64,000 nucleotides of DNA from Nymphaea colorata (lineage: Eukaryota): positions 3,534,001 through 3,598,000 of the forward strand of contig NC_045138.2 in NCBI RefSeq assembly GCF_008831285.2, given 5' to 3'. The notes beneath the pieces were generated by a model. The model saw nothing but the letters and a program-made list of their open reading frames with translations, was not told the origin of the DNA and searched no databases. Made by a program: the position numbers and the translations under genes. Of the stretch, positions 34,210-45,747 are shown piece by piece; position 1 is the stretch's first letter; every line of letters begins with the position of its first letter.

Positions 34210-35883
34210 GTTTTTCTTTGTCATTTTCTCTATTTCCCTGTCTCTTAGGTTTATTTTCTATTTTTCTTTGAAAAATAAAACTAAATGAATTTATTCCTTG
34301 CATGATTGTAGCTTTTCATTTATCTGTCTAAAAAATTGATTTTGTCATTGTAGTTTGACTACAGATGTTTATTTTTCTTTAGTTCTTCATGTATTTCATC
34401 GCAGTTTGTTAGTTTCTCTGCTTGAAATCTTCTTCTATTGTTTATATAAAAACATACACATGCAGTACAAATGTGTGCAAATCCAACTCTTTTGAAATTA
34501 CATGTCTGTACCCATGTAACGTAGGTTTATACAAAGTACAGTATCTACTATGACAAAATTCTTCATGTACTAAAAGATTTACCTCTACAGAGTTGTCAAT
34601 TTCTTCTTCAGTTGCACCAGCCCATAAAGGATGATCTCTAAAGATAGACTCCATGGACACAAGGAAATCTTGTAGCTTTTTGCTATCCCTCTCCGCATCG
34701 TAGGCATTAAATGAGAAAGATACTATGAAGCTGCAATTCACAATCTACAAATTAGTTTGTAACTTTCCACACAGAAAACGTACACTGCCCTTTCAGCCAG
34801 GCAAGGTCTATGATCTGATGAATATATCCAATGTAGTGCTAGCACTTGGGAGAACTCTTTGCTAATCGACATTTCACTGACATACCAAATCATGTATAGT
34901 AGAAGAGTTAGAGGATTTGATAGATTAGCTGCTAAAATGGAACGTGCAGAAAACATTTTCAAGTATAATCAGGATACCTGATAATCCAACCAATAAGAAG
35001 GTATTCCAACTTCTACATTCTAAGCAAGATAGTCATGCTCGATCTAAAATGAGAAACCCTAAAATACAAACTTTATTTTTAATGTGGAGCATGATGAACT
35101 TCTAGTTTACCAACTTTGCTAAGAAAAACTCCGCAACTCTGGAAAGGATTCATCTGAAGGAGGGGAAATTTGAGGACAACCAATGAAGGAACGTGCCCAT
35201 GAATGGAAATATTAAACGCACACTAATTTGTATAGAGCTACAAAAAGTTTTTTGGGATGGTCTAACACTCCTCCAACATCAAGAGACAGAAGCTACTTTC
35301 CAGCTTGTAATTGTATCAGCCAGTCTATATGACTGATAAATATTTCTCGAGGACGATGAATTCTAGGGGCAACAAAGAAAGGGCATTCAAGAAGACATAG
35401 ACAATGAAAAATGAACATCAACAACAGCAGCAAGGAGAAACGTCCATATCCAAGCGGGCAGGCTAAAAAATTCCAGGAACAAATGTAACAAAAAATACAA
35501 GATTCAAAGAAACGATGGTATCCAACTAGTCCTTGAGAAAACATACAACAACCAGCGCAGCCAAAAGAACCCCGCCCTGATAAGAAACCAGTATCCTCAA
35601 CGTAGAAAAACAAAAGGAAGAAAGATCGAGCAAAAAGCAATCAACCCAAAGAGCTTACCGTAAAAAAAGAAAAAGAAACACGACAAACAGCATAATCTAC
35701 CAGAACTTCAGAAAATTAATTCGAACCGAACATTATCACACGTAGAAGGGGCAAATTCGAGGATAACTAAACGGAGAGGGGGGGAGAGAGAGACCTCTTG
35801 ATGGAACGAACAAGGTCGACGGCAGAAGGATGACGCATGCGATCAAGGAAATCGTAGAAATTAAGAGGGGCCAAGGGATCCAT
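27618..35883 (-). CDS. VPS9A: Vacuolar protein sorting 9A-like Rab5 GEF; exons 35883-35795, 34730-34583, 30562-30392, 29405-29226, 28475-28175, 27832-27618 (367 aa)
   Basis: Spliced frame is continuous (1104 nt): FYDFLDRMRHPSAVDLVRSIKSFIVSF, HPLWAG, EGLEKYLM, KELQKTNAFKSPREKL, GADDFLPVLIYVTIK|ANPPQLHSNL, SEAAYYFTNL, YPFMDAEVGDL. Intron 4 requires a GC donor. Confidence 0.95.
29655..29724. repeat. (AT)n microsatellite in VPS9A intron 3
   Basis: About 35 perfect AT units. A compound (CT)n(AT)n(GT)n tract follows near 29978-30022. Confidence 0.95.
31032..32316. mobile_element. Two tandem, related non-autonomous DNA-transposon (hAT-like) remnants in VPS9A intron 2
   Basis: Ends CAGTGTTGTA and TACAACATTG form an inverted repeat (9/10 match), with subterminal CGATAC/CGATAT repeats. 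Segments ~31380-31710 and ~31860-32280 resemble each other. No clear TSD. Confidence 0.6.
32400..34130 (+). mobile_element. Highly decayed Copia internal fragment in VPS9A intron 2
   Basis: Zinc-knuckle-like CNKTGHIKTGC, integrase-like HSDVWRSAP...YVLFLDSYFCYTWLYFMK and CDQSGEY. An internal ~120-bp block is duplicated at 32914 and 33071. No LTRs recognised. Confidence 0.7.
34158..34205. repeat. (CT)n microsatellite
   Basis: Perfect TC run of about 23 units. Confidence 0.9.
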
Positions 35884-36059
35884 TGGCTGAGCAGTCTCCT
35901 CAATCTTCCTAATCCTCTTACGCACAGAGAGAATGAGAGATAGAGATAGATGTGTGTTGGTATGGGAATGGGACTATGGGGACGACTCCTTCGATCTTCG
36001 CGACATAGTTGTCTACCTACCAATGGCTCTCCTCCAGCTGCTTCGTCTTCGTCCATTTG

Positions 36060-36216
36060 TTATATAAAGGACGGACCGAACCCATGGGAGAAGGCGGGTT
36101 ACAGTAAGGGGTATAAGAGGAAAACAAGAAGAGCGAAGAACAGAGTGCACGATTTAACGAGAAGAAGGGGAGGAAGAAGAATGGTAGGTCTACAGGGTCC
36201 CACGTCGTCCACGTCA
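36060..36216 (-). promoter_or_regulatory. Putative VPS9A core promoter: TATA-like TATATAA and tandem ACGT boxes
   Basis: Minus-strand CTTTATATAAC about 180 nt above the ATG, and TGACGTGGACGACGTGG at 36216-36200. Motif match only. Confidence 0.4.
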
Positions 36217-38077
36217 TTAGCGAACCAGCGAAGTGGATCGTATTCGATTCGGATTGGATATCAGACTAAATTGCTTCAAAAAGTTCGCGTACAGAAGAAA
36301 GGAAACCATTATCAGATTAAGATTTTAAGAAAAAGTCCTTTAATTGGATTATGATTCGGTCTTAAATAGATGTCTGATCATATTCGGATTAAAACTAGGT
36401 TTTCAATGAATACTTTATGTCTAATATCCATACATTTTAAAAATCAGTTCTTATTGTATTACAATGCAGTTGGATTCAATTAAGCATTTAAAACCAAATT
36501 GGAACTCGGATGTGAATTTAAAAATTGAGTTCAGATTGTAAATTGAACTCAAATTAAGAAAGATCTGTAGTAATTAAATGATGCGAGAGATGGAGGAAAG
36601 GGATCACCGCCGTCCATTTTTTTCTTATCATAGATTCTCATCGTTCCCACTTTAATGATGCAATTGGAAATGTTCTTTCGATGAGGGGCTAAACAAAGAA
36701 ATGTGGTATTTCTTATTAACGACGAAAGAATATAAGAAAGCAAGTCATTGGCCTCTTTCAAATATACACAATTGCCTTAAAAAGTGAACCATAGAAATTA
36801 ACTTAATAGTACCAACCTTCATTTTGCATCTGAAAATTGAATGTGGAAATTATGAATCTTCCTGCTTCAATAAACCACTTTTAGATCTTACATGTTGCCA
36901 TCTCCTCCCTTTCGTTCTGCAGAAGCAACAAAGGTTCCTTCCTTAAACCCCTTTTCCATCTTGGTCTTGTTCAGTGTCTACATTTTACATGTTTGTGAAC
37001 ACAATCGCCGAGACTCGTTTGGTGAATCAGTTGTAAATCAGCCGTAAAATTTTAAAGGTCATTTACAAAATAAATAAATAATAATAATACGACAATTAAA
37101 ATAAAATTCTTAAAATTTATGAAAATGGCTGAAACATGACGCTCTTGACAAAATCAAATCCATCTGCTGTTAGTCTGATACCAAGATAACAAACCAGAAG
37201 TACATGAACAGATGCATCTCTAGTTTAATTATCATAAGCACCATGCCCCCTGCATCTTGAGTGGTAGGGCATGATACCTGAATTAAAGTTGTACCATTGC
37301 CATTTACTTATGCTGATGCAGCACAGGACCTTGGAGATAAAGAGGAATAGATCTTAGGCTCTTTTCCGATCAATGGGACACAAGCCTCTCGCTCACTCTG
37401 AACTGGTAACACCGGTGCCTGGTTTTTTGTTCTGCTTTTTGAAGATTTATTTCTGTGGATAACGGGAGATGATTTCTGTCTATTTCTACAGAACGTTCCC
37501 GAAATTTTCAGGCCTTTAAGAAGTTCAAGTTCACTCCGTTGGACCTCTCATTCAGGTCTGATGAATTCTTTTTGCACTGGGTTCTCAGACAGGACCTGAA
37601 CACATATTTGACAGCTGAGACACAGAGATTTGAGGGACAGCAAACATGAACATGAAACCAATCCACCAGGTTAGAGGCTATATTTGACCAGCAGAAAGGA
37701 AAAAGTTAAGATCCGGCAGTATTCCGCCCAGAAAGGATCTTCCGGTCTTGCAGTACTCCTGTTTCCCTATCAGCTAAGAACCACAGCAGAAAAGCTGATT
37801 TCAAACAGGCGATTCAGACAGGCAAATTCAAGAGTCATGTACAAAAGGTCCTATTGAAAGGAAAGTAGGGGTAGGTCAAATGAACGCTCCTGCGATGGCC
37901 AGATTGACATTCTGTAAAACCAGTGGCATCCAACTGCAGTATACATGCATAAACTGCTGAACGTTGTCTCCATGACAAATTACATATGCAAATGGAAAAC
38001 TGTGCGCTGCGAACACCTTTTTACAGGTGAGGAGAATCATCCATCAGCACTTGGAAAAAAAGAAGTATAACATCAGC

Positions 38078-41000
38078 CTATTCTTCAGTATCGGCTATTG
38101 CCCCCTTTAGATGTAAGTGTTTTTCCCTCTTCTGGAACTCCGTCAATCCTTTGCCACTTCCAGTAACACCAACTTTACCTTTGGGGTCGTCTGGAGATTT
38201 AAAAATACTCTCTCTCTTGCGGCCAGAGAAAAAACCAACCTATAAAGCAGAAAAAAAATAAAGTGAAATGGAATCACAGAATTACAGAAAAATCTTATTA
38301 TATGGAAAAGGATGGGTGTATGTGTGTTTCCACAATGCTGCATAGTAAAAGTTAAGCTGAGACTAATTGAACCATCCGTACCTTCTTGGTTTGACCTTTG
38401 CTCATTTGGAACTGCTGCCAGGCATTTTGTCTCTTGTTTTGGGTTACCTCAAGCTGCTCGAGGCGAACCTTTGACTTGAAGGCGTGTATCTTCTTTCTCT
38501 TAGCAGCTTTCTAAAAATAATTTTTGACAAAATAGAGAGAATGACCATAAACATTTTTATCAATAATTCAACATTTTTCTTAATATATTACACAGAAATA
38601 TAAATATTGTTGGCACTAACAAAAACCTTTAACTAAACAGACTGAACCCAAGCTATCAGAAACTATCCAGTTTCTTGGGTGACAGACAAAGTCAAATCTG
38701 TCGCTAATCCAATTTTGTTGAGCAAATCATACGGCCAACAATCCAGTTGCTGGGTAGGTCCAAAATGGCAATGCCCATAAAAATGGTGTCAATGCACGTC
38801 ACAATGGTGCTTGTGCATGAGTCTGAAAAGATCAAACAAAAAGTTCTAATAGCACATACCACATCTTCAGGGTCATTAGGCTCAATGCGAAGCTTGGCAG
38901 GTAAAGTTCGGGAAAAGACATCTGTGCCAGCTGCTTGAGCAATCTTTCTTTTTATGGCCTGTTTGGTGGCTTCAGCTTCTCTTTCAGCTTCCACCAAAGC
39001 ATCAACATTTCCTTCTTGTCTAGGCCTTATATTGTCCGGATCAACCTGAAAATAGACAATACACAATCGAGCAAGTATTTAGTCACAAATCGTTCTCCAG
39101 TCCCACCAAGATAATCAGCAAGCTAGCCCTACCAGCTGCAAAATCTTCAGTCTAACTTTTCAATAAACGTATCCTATTCCAGCTATCCACAAAAATGACA
39201 CACACTTGGAATCGTGGGATGTGTGATTATGATTATCAAAATAAATCAGATAAACCAAAATGATATACCAAAACAAGGGAAAAAAATCCCCAGCAGCCAC
39301 AACATTGGATGACCATGATCGATCATGTGGGACCTAATAGATAAAAATGAGAACTTCAAGTGTAACTATTTCAACAAGAAATCTATGTTCTGAAAAAGTC
39401 AATTGAATACAACTTGGGAAAGGAAATCCTGGCTACTTTCATATTGATGAAGATTATTTGGTTGTGAATATAATCCATGAGGATGCCGATGCACACCAAG
39501 AAAAACAAAATCATAAACAAGAAAAGGGAGAAGAACATAAAAAGGAGGACAACCACTATTTTTCTTCAAAAATATAATTTATAAAACCAAAAGATGTTCA
39601 CAAAATAAAACAAAAAGAATGAGACAATACCTCTTCTTTGTTCCCCCAACCATCATAGAATACAGAATATCCATTTGCCGTAACAGCATCAATCGTAGCA
39701 TCATACCTAAGCATTACAATAGCATACGTCTCAAAGACAAATAAACATGGGGTACCAGTGAAAGTAGTAGAGTATCTTAAAAAGCATACCATTCTCCATC
39801 TTCACTCCACACAGCTTGAACTTTTGAGCCAACAGGAAGTCGCTCATATGACCCAGAAAAAATGCCTGATGCCTGCGATATCATGAAAGTAACATGTTAA
39901 CCACCTTAACAAAGTTGTGAACCCAGACCTCAACCACCATAACAAAGTTGTGAACCCAAACTGAATAACAATATTCCCAATGCAGAACCTCCATTTGTTT
40001 CTGTTTCGTCTCAAAGAGGAATTTGCTTTAGGATCACAGGCTAACACTAACCAGATCTGATATAACAACACTTGAACACCACCTAAGGAAGAGACTGAAC
40101 AGTCTTGAACCAGATCAGATATACTAAAATTTAGACACCATCCTAAATATCTCTAAGTGAATCAGGATATAGGCTGCATGCAGCCATTTGGAGGAACATG
40201 ATTATGCAAGTTTTCAGATTCAACTCACTTTTTGAACATCCAACCAAAAGACCAACTTTAATCGGATCCCAAAATGGCAATTTAAACATGCAGTATGTGT
40301 GTAATTAACCTAAACTTCAGTCAATTGTCAAAAACTGAATATGTGCACACATTTAACAACTTCGAGTACCAAACAACAATGATGAAGAAGTAAGAGGAAA
40401 TTACCCTTTCAAATGAAGATGTCTCATTCACCTCGTGGAGGTCAGGACTAGCATCTGCATCTATACTAGTGGCCAACCCTGTCAACTCTGACTTTTTGGC
40501 TGTTGACAGCAATTCTTCGGTCAAAGAAATGACCTACATAACCAGCCAGTTTACCAGAAACATCAAAAAACCAAAACACTGACCCAAATTTACTAGCTAA
40601 ATTGAAGAAAAAAACAGATGTGAGCGGAACTTAGGATTCGAGTGAGAAGGGAACATCTGTAATAATGGATGGAGCAAGCAGGCAGTCGATCACAAGAACA
40701 TATCACCTGCACATGAACCAAGATAGAATGATGGGCATCTTGATGTAGTGCGCTATGCCACTAGAAACCACTAAGGTCCCATGGCCAAAGCCACAACCGT
40801 GAAAACGCTCACCTTGAAAATTCAAAGCCCAAACAAAGAAAAAATAAAAATGGAAATCCGTGCAGAATTTTCCCATGTGGCCATGCATCTCAATCATAGT
40901 ACCCTGCTTAAACAACATCAACAATTCCTCAACAGGAGAAAAGCAAAAACCAAAATTATTATCCATGCACAGAGTCTCTTCCTTCTTTCTGCTTTTTTTG

Positions 41001-42354
41001 AGAAATGGCAAAAACGTACCACTTATTGAATGTTAAAAGTGAAAAATACGAAAAGTATCCTGATTTTGGCCTCTGTCCCAACGATATCTTTATAACAAGG
41101 GCTAATCACCAGTTGTTCCAAATGCTAGTGTGAAACCAAAATTTGAAGCCCAAACTATTTGAAAATGAAAAATGAAACCCATTAGAGCTTGTCTTCAAAT
41201 GCAAGCCTATCATAACTTATGGAAAACCATACATAGACCAAAAACAAAGCCTTCCAAAACAAGCACACGAGTGAGATGCTGTCTGTGTAAAGGGTTAGTT
41301 GTCAATCAAGTGACTCTGGCTCAAAAAAAGCTTGCTAGTTGTTACCAATTCAATAACGATTTTTCAGTCGAGGCCAATTCTTACACTTGAAATGAGGAGC
41401 CCTCAAAAGTTCAAAAGTTGTTATCAAACTACATGATCATGTTAAAGGCAAACCACCATGACCGCATTTTTCATACAGCATTCGCCTGGTGCACATTTCT
41501 ATAATTCCGAATGTGTGAAAGCCACCAGGAGTTAGTTTAGAAGAGACTTAGTCTGATGCACCTCTTAAACGACAAAGATACCTAGTGTTTTTCATCCTAA
41601 AACATATATAGAAACCACTCCACCGAGACCGTCAAATGTGTTATTATGTTAGAGCAGATTGGTACAAGTGCAAAAGCACTACACAATTTTCTCATTGGTT
41701 CCCATTCTGACATCGTCTAACAAAGAAGCGGCCATAGTTGTCCAGTTCAAGTAAAAAAAAAAAAAAAATTGTGAACAGAGGAAGTTATGTGACGAAAAGC
41801 AGAAACACAAAATCTAATAGAACAGAGGGCAAAAAGCAGAATAAGCGCTATCTCACCTCTTGGAGTTCTTTCTCCATGTCTCTGTACTCGAAATTTTCCG
41901 GATCATCTTCTAAGAGCTTTTTCACCTGTTTGTTTTAAGAGGTCAAAAAGAAGGAATCATGTTATGAAATCGCATGTCGCAAAAATAGAGTAGAAAATAA
42001 AAATTGAAAAGGCTTCTTGCACCAACGAATCTGTTTAACTCAATTGTTTAAGAAAGTAAACGGACGAACTGAAGTTTCACCGTGGGCAATAAGAGGAGGA
42101 AAGGTAAATAAAAAGAAAGATAGAGAAACAACAATATGAGACTAAATATTGCACAACGAAAGCCCCTCCACCTAGCAAACAAGAGGCCAAATTGAGAATC
42201 CTAAGTTGAAGAGTGAAGGGAATGAATGATGAATCCCCGGACAAAACCCCCAACACCTCAAAATACGTAAATAAGTATCCCAGAGTGGGTAATTTTCCTT
42301 CGGAACTACCCCACGAAAACGAAAGCAGAGAGTCGATTCCGCGGAAGGTTTCAA

Positions 42355-42393
<39 letters not shown>

Positions 42394-42464
42394 ACCTGGT
42401 GGAGTTGTTCCTTGTAGGTGGAGAGATTCGAGGCAAGCTCGTCGATGCTCAGCTCTTCACTCAT
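38078..42464 (-). CDS. SPF30: Survival of motor neuron-related splicing factor 30 (Tudor domain); exons 42464-42396, 41925-41857, 40533-40405, 39872-39790, 39706-39631, 39045-38860, 38510-38382, 38239-38078 (300 aa)
   Basis: Spliced frame is continuous (903 nt) with all GT-AG introns: ELASNLSTYKEQLHQV, MEKELQEVISLTEELL, Tudor LPVGSKVQAVWSEDGEWYDATI...YDGWGNKEEV, KRQNAWQQF, SIFKSPDDPKGKVGVTGSGKGLT. Confidence 0.95.
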
Positions 42465-42740
42465 TCTTCTTCTTCCTCTTCTCTGTCTTCCCCAAAGTCG
42501 AAACCCTCGAAGCAGAAGAGGAACTATTGGGGCTCCCCGGCCCTTCTTCGCTTGACACAAAGGTGTCTGTCCATTTTGGATGACCCAAAACAAGTCAATA
42601 AATGGATCGGATCCGATCTGACACCAGAGAATGCAGAAGCGTTTAGAAGTGGACGCCTGCTCTGCGGCCAAGCGCAAACATCTACTTGGGGGCATGCTTG
42701 CTCCACAATGGGATTTAATTCCATGCTACATGAAAATAAA

Positions 42741-42910
42741 CAGTGGCCGTGGTGGATGGAGCCATGATTGGTGTGGGCAATTGCCCACACCAGTCTCTTA
42801 AAATGTCTTTACTTTTAAATGAGCATCTTTAAACATCTGTCTTATATATGTATGTAAGTGCTCCATAAGATATGAGTATTTTTGTGTCTCTCCATCCACC
42901 TTCTTAGGTT
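42741..42910. mobile_element. Degenerate MITE-like sequence upstream of SPF30 containing a 24-bp perfect palindrome
   Basis: Begins CAGTGG...TGGAGCCA, similar to the CAGGGGCGGAGCC-type MITE ends seen elsewhere in the window. TGGTGTGGGCAATTGCCCACACCA at 42769-42792. Right boundary uncertain. Confidence 0.45.
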
Positions 42911-43377
42911 CAATATTAAGTATTAATAGAGCAAGAAGCTCAACTAGAAAGATTTAGTTGTATAAATGTGATCAACGTATTCAAAAATTTTGGAGTTGAC
43001 ATAACATTCGTGCTTCTTCAATGCATATATTTGAATTTTTTTTATAGAGATTTAGGATTAAGAAGATGGCCTTTTTCTGCTTATAAAATCTTAGCTATAT
43101 GTGGAGGAAATATTTTCCTGGTTCTAAGGTTTTAGGCACAGAAGAAACATCCAAGCAGTTAGTTATGTCGAAAACGTATAACCACGCTTGAGATATTTCG
43201 CCAAAGTAATCACACATTATCAACTGTCCATATGATCCAAACAAATTAGATCCTATACTGTATTTGTTAATCTTGTATAACTTTTTGAAATTTCACAGTT
43301 CCCATGGGATTATATAAGCATACTGGACATTGATTTGAACGCATCATTCTTTTAATGAACTTTTAGTGTTTGAAAAG

Positions 43378-43667
43378 TAGGCATGGGCATCGAGTTGGCC
43401 TGGCCCGATACAGAGTTAGGCTCCACAGCTTGGGCTCGGCCCAACACCCTAAACCCAAGCCCAAACCTGGCCTGGCCTGGTCCGGTTAAAATTAAAAAAT
43501 ATTATTTTTAATGTGAAATAATATATACATATAACTATTATGTATATATATAATTATATCAATAAAAATAATATTAAAAGTACTTTATCGATAGATCGAG
43601 CCAAATCAGGTTTAGTTGGACCCACCCTGGTCAGCCCGACTAACATATGGGGCTGGCTCAATGCCTA
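43378..43667. mobile_element. hAT-like MITE (GC-rich GGCCCG termini, AT-rich core)
   Basis: TAGGCAT...ATGCCTA inverted ends. A related copy lies at about 50551-50788. TSD not clean. Confidence 0.65.
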
Positions 43668-45286
43668 AATTAAAAGGAAGGACGGATTTATTCCTTGAGC
43701 AATAAACTAGGATCATATTGTTTCGTCAATTGCTTACAGGAGAGGGATGGATTTAATTACAATAAATTAATCTCTAAGCTTCTTCCTCTCAAAAAGGCCA
43801 CTCTTAAAAGAATAAAACTTGGTGGTCCGGTGCCCCGCATGTGATCTAGCACTATCGTCACACACGAGTGTGACAAAACAATAAAAGAAGAGGTACAGAA
43901 AGACTCCTCGCTTAGTTTTGAAGTATTTGACTTGATATTAAACAGGAAATGCGTTTCGTGAAGTGCATGTTATCGCCTGTATCAACTAAAGTCCTCTCTC
44001 TCTTGTGCCATCTTGAAATTGTTGCATGATATTAACAGATTAGACTCCTTGTTTTATATTTAAAGTGCCGGCTTTGTTAATTAATTTGGTGCCCTCCTTT
44101 CACGTTTCTTGCAGGATTTTGACTGCCATTCTCAAGTTTGAACAATATTGTGGAGCCTTAGTTGTGAAGATCTCATGCACAAAAGCGTTTTTAGATCGAA
44201 TATGCCCAAAGGCCATGAACATTCTTAAAATTCTTCATGAAAAAAATCACAAGTCTCGTGTTCTATTAATGTCATGCCATGAGTAGTATAAGCAGCATAT
44301 ATAAGAGGAATAAATACCCTTCTTGGAGTTCTGAAATGCATATGGAACTACCCAGGGCATTGGGCCGACCTGATAAAAGTCGGGCCCCGGTTGAAGATAT
44401 CTTACAATCTCGAATATGAGATTAAACTTTTCAAATTGGAGCGTTACCATCCACTCTCATTAAGACACACACATTTACTCATGTGGAATCTTAGGTCCGA
44501 ATATTGAACCATTAACTGATACCACCTTGAATATTATGTTTCATTATCTTAGATACATTATAAGAAGGAGAAAACTTTGAAGTAAATTAGATCCCACAAA
44601 ATGAAGCAAACAATTTGATAACACCCAAATTTTATCTCTGGTAACACAAAACTAGGAAGCAAATCTTATCCAAATGAGAACCAATTTTCCCTTGCCCAAG
44701 GCAAATTTATATAGATAATCTCTGTATAACAACCATAAAGTACTAATTTGGGTCCTTTTTCCATAGAAGGCACGCGCTTGCTGAAAATGGCCTAGCTTTG
44801 ATATATCCTCACTGTGCCCTGGTCCCTCCTAGCTAACTTGAGCTTAATTTTTTGGATCTTTCTCCACTCTTGTGACTTTCTCCTCCCTTGCTCCTTTTCC
44901 TCTAACTGGGATCTGCTTTCTCCAAGTTTAGCAATGATTTTCATAAGGAGACAAACAGGAAACTCATTTCACTGTATTGACTATGAGGCGCATGTTAGGT
45001 TGGCTCAATATAGATATATGCACTCTTCACATAATATTCACATGTTCAATGTATCATTCCCTTACCTGGCACATGGTAACGTATAATTGCACTTTTTCCT
45101 CTTCTTTTCTGTTTTCTCTTGTCCATGAACATGACATTTTTCAAAGATGCTTTATAATGTCATGACTCTTTGTGGGCAGAAGAAGCAATTAAACCGGTTA
45201 GGTTTGGATCGCACGTTAACTTCGTACTTCCTCGTCCACTTGTACTACCAGTTACTTTCCTTTTCAACGTTGTTTTCTTCTCTGGG

Positions 45287-45480
45287 CAGAGGCGGAGACA
45301 AGGTAGGGTCTGCTTGGACCTTGGCCCTGTTTCAATTTTTTTAAAAAAAAAATTACATGTAAATTTTAAAAAATTTCACTTGTTTTATATAAAAATTTTG
45401 AAAAATGATATGTTGGCCCTAGTCAAAATTTAAAAACTTTAATTCGACCATCTCATGAAAAAATTGTGGCTCTGCCCCTG
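45287..45480. mobile_element. MITE of the CAGGGGCGGAGCC family
   Basis: Ends CAGAGGCGGAGAC / GGCTCTGCCCCTG. The internal AATTACATGTAAATTTTA...AAAATTTCACTTGTT is shared with the copy at 51752-51957. Confidence 0.8.
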
Positions 45481-45747
45481 TTCGTAGGGATTTGTACATG
45501 TTATACCTGTGATGGTTAGAAATTTCCTACGCACATTTGGAAACTTTAATTCGACCATCTTATGAAAAATTTCTGGCTTTGCCCCTGTTCGTAGGGATAT
45601 GTATGTGTTATACATGTGATGGTTAGAAATTTCCTACGCACATTTGGAAACTTTAATTCGACATCTCATGAAAAAATTCTGGCTTCGCCCATGTTCGTCT
45701 GTACATGTTATACATGTGATGGTTAGAAATTTCCGATGCACATTTGG
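45434..45747. repeat. Tandem triplication of a ~107-bp unit (MITE right end plus flank)
   Basis: Units start AAACTTTAATTCGAC at 45434, 45541 and 45648 and end CACATTTGG. Confidence 0.92.

Noticed and set aside
37596..38017. Possible 3' UTR intron in SPF30
   Set aside because: The acceptor-like site is plausible, but the donor (AG|GTGTTC) is weak and cannot be supported without transcripts.
39295..39400. BED zinc-finger-like remnant (…FKCNYFNKK) in an SPF30 intron
   Set aside because: Too short and degenerate to call a hAT transposase fragment.
39899..39962. 33-bp tandem duplication in SPF30 intron 3
   Set aside because: Two copies only; an ordinary local slippage duplication.
42769..42792. 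24-bp perfect palindrome as a dedicated SPF30 regulatory element or small-RNA hairpin
   Set aside because: It lies within MITE-like sequence and is too short for a miRNA precursor.
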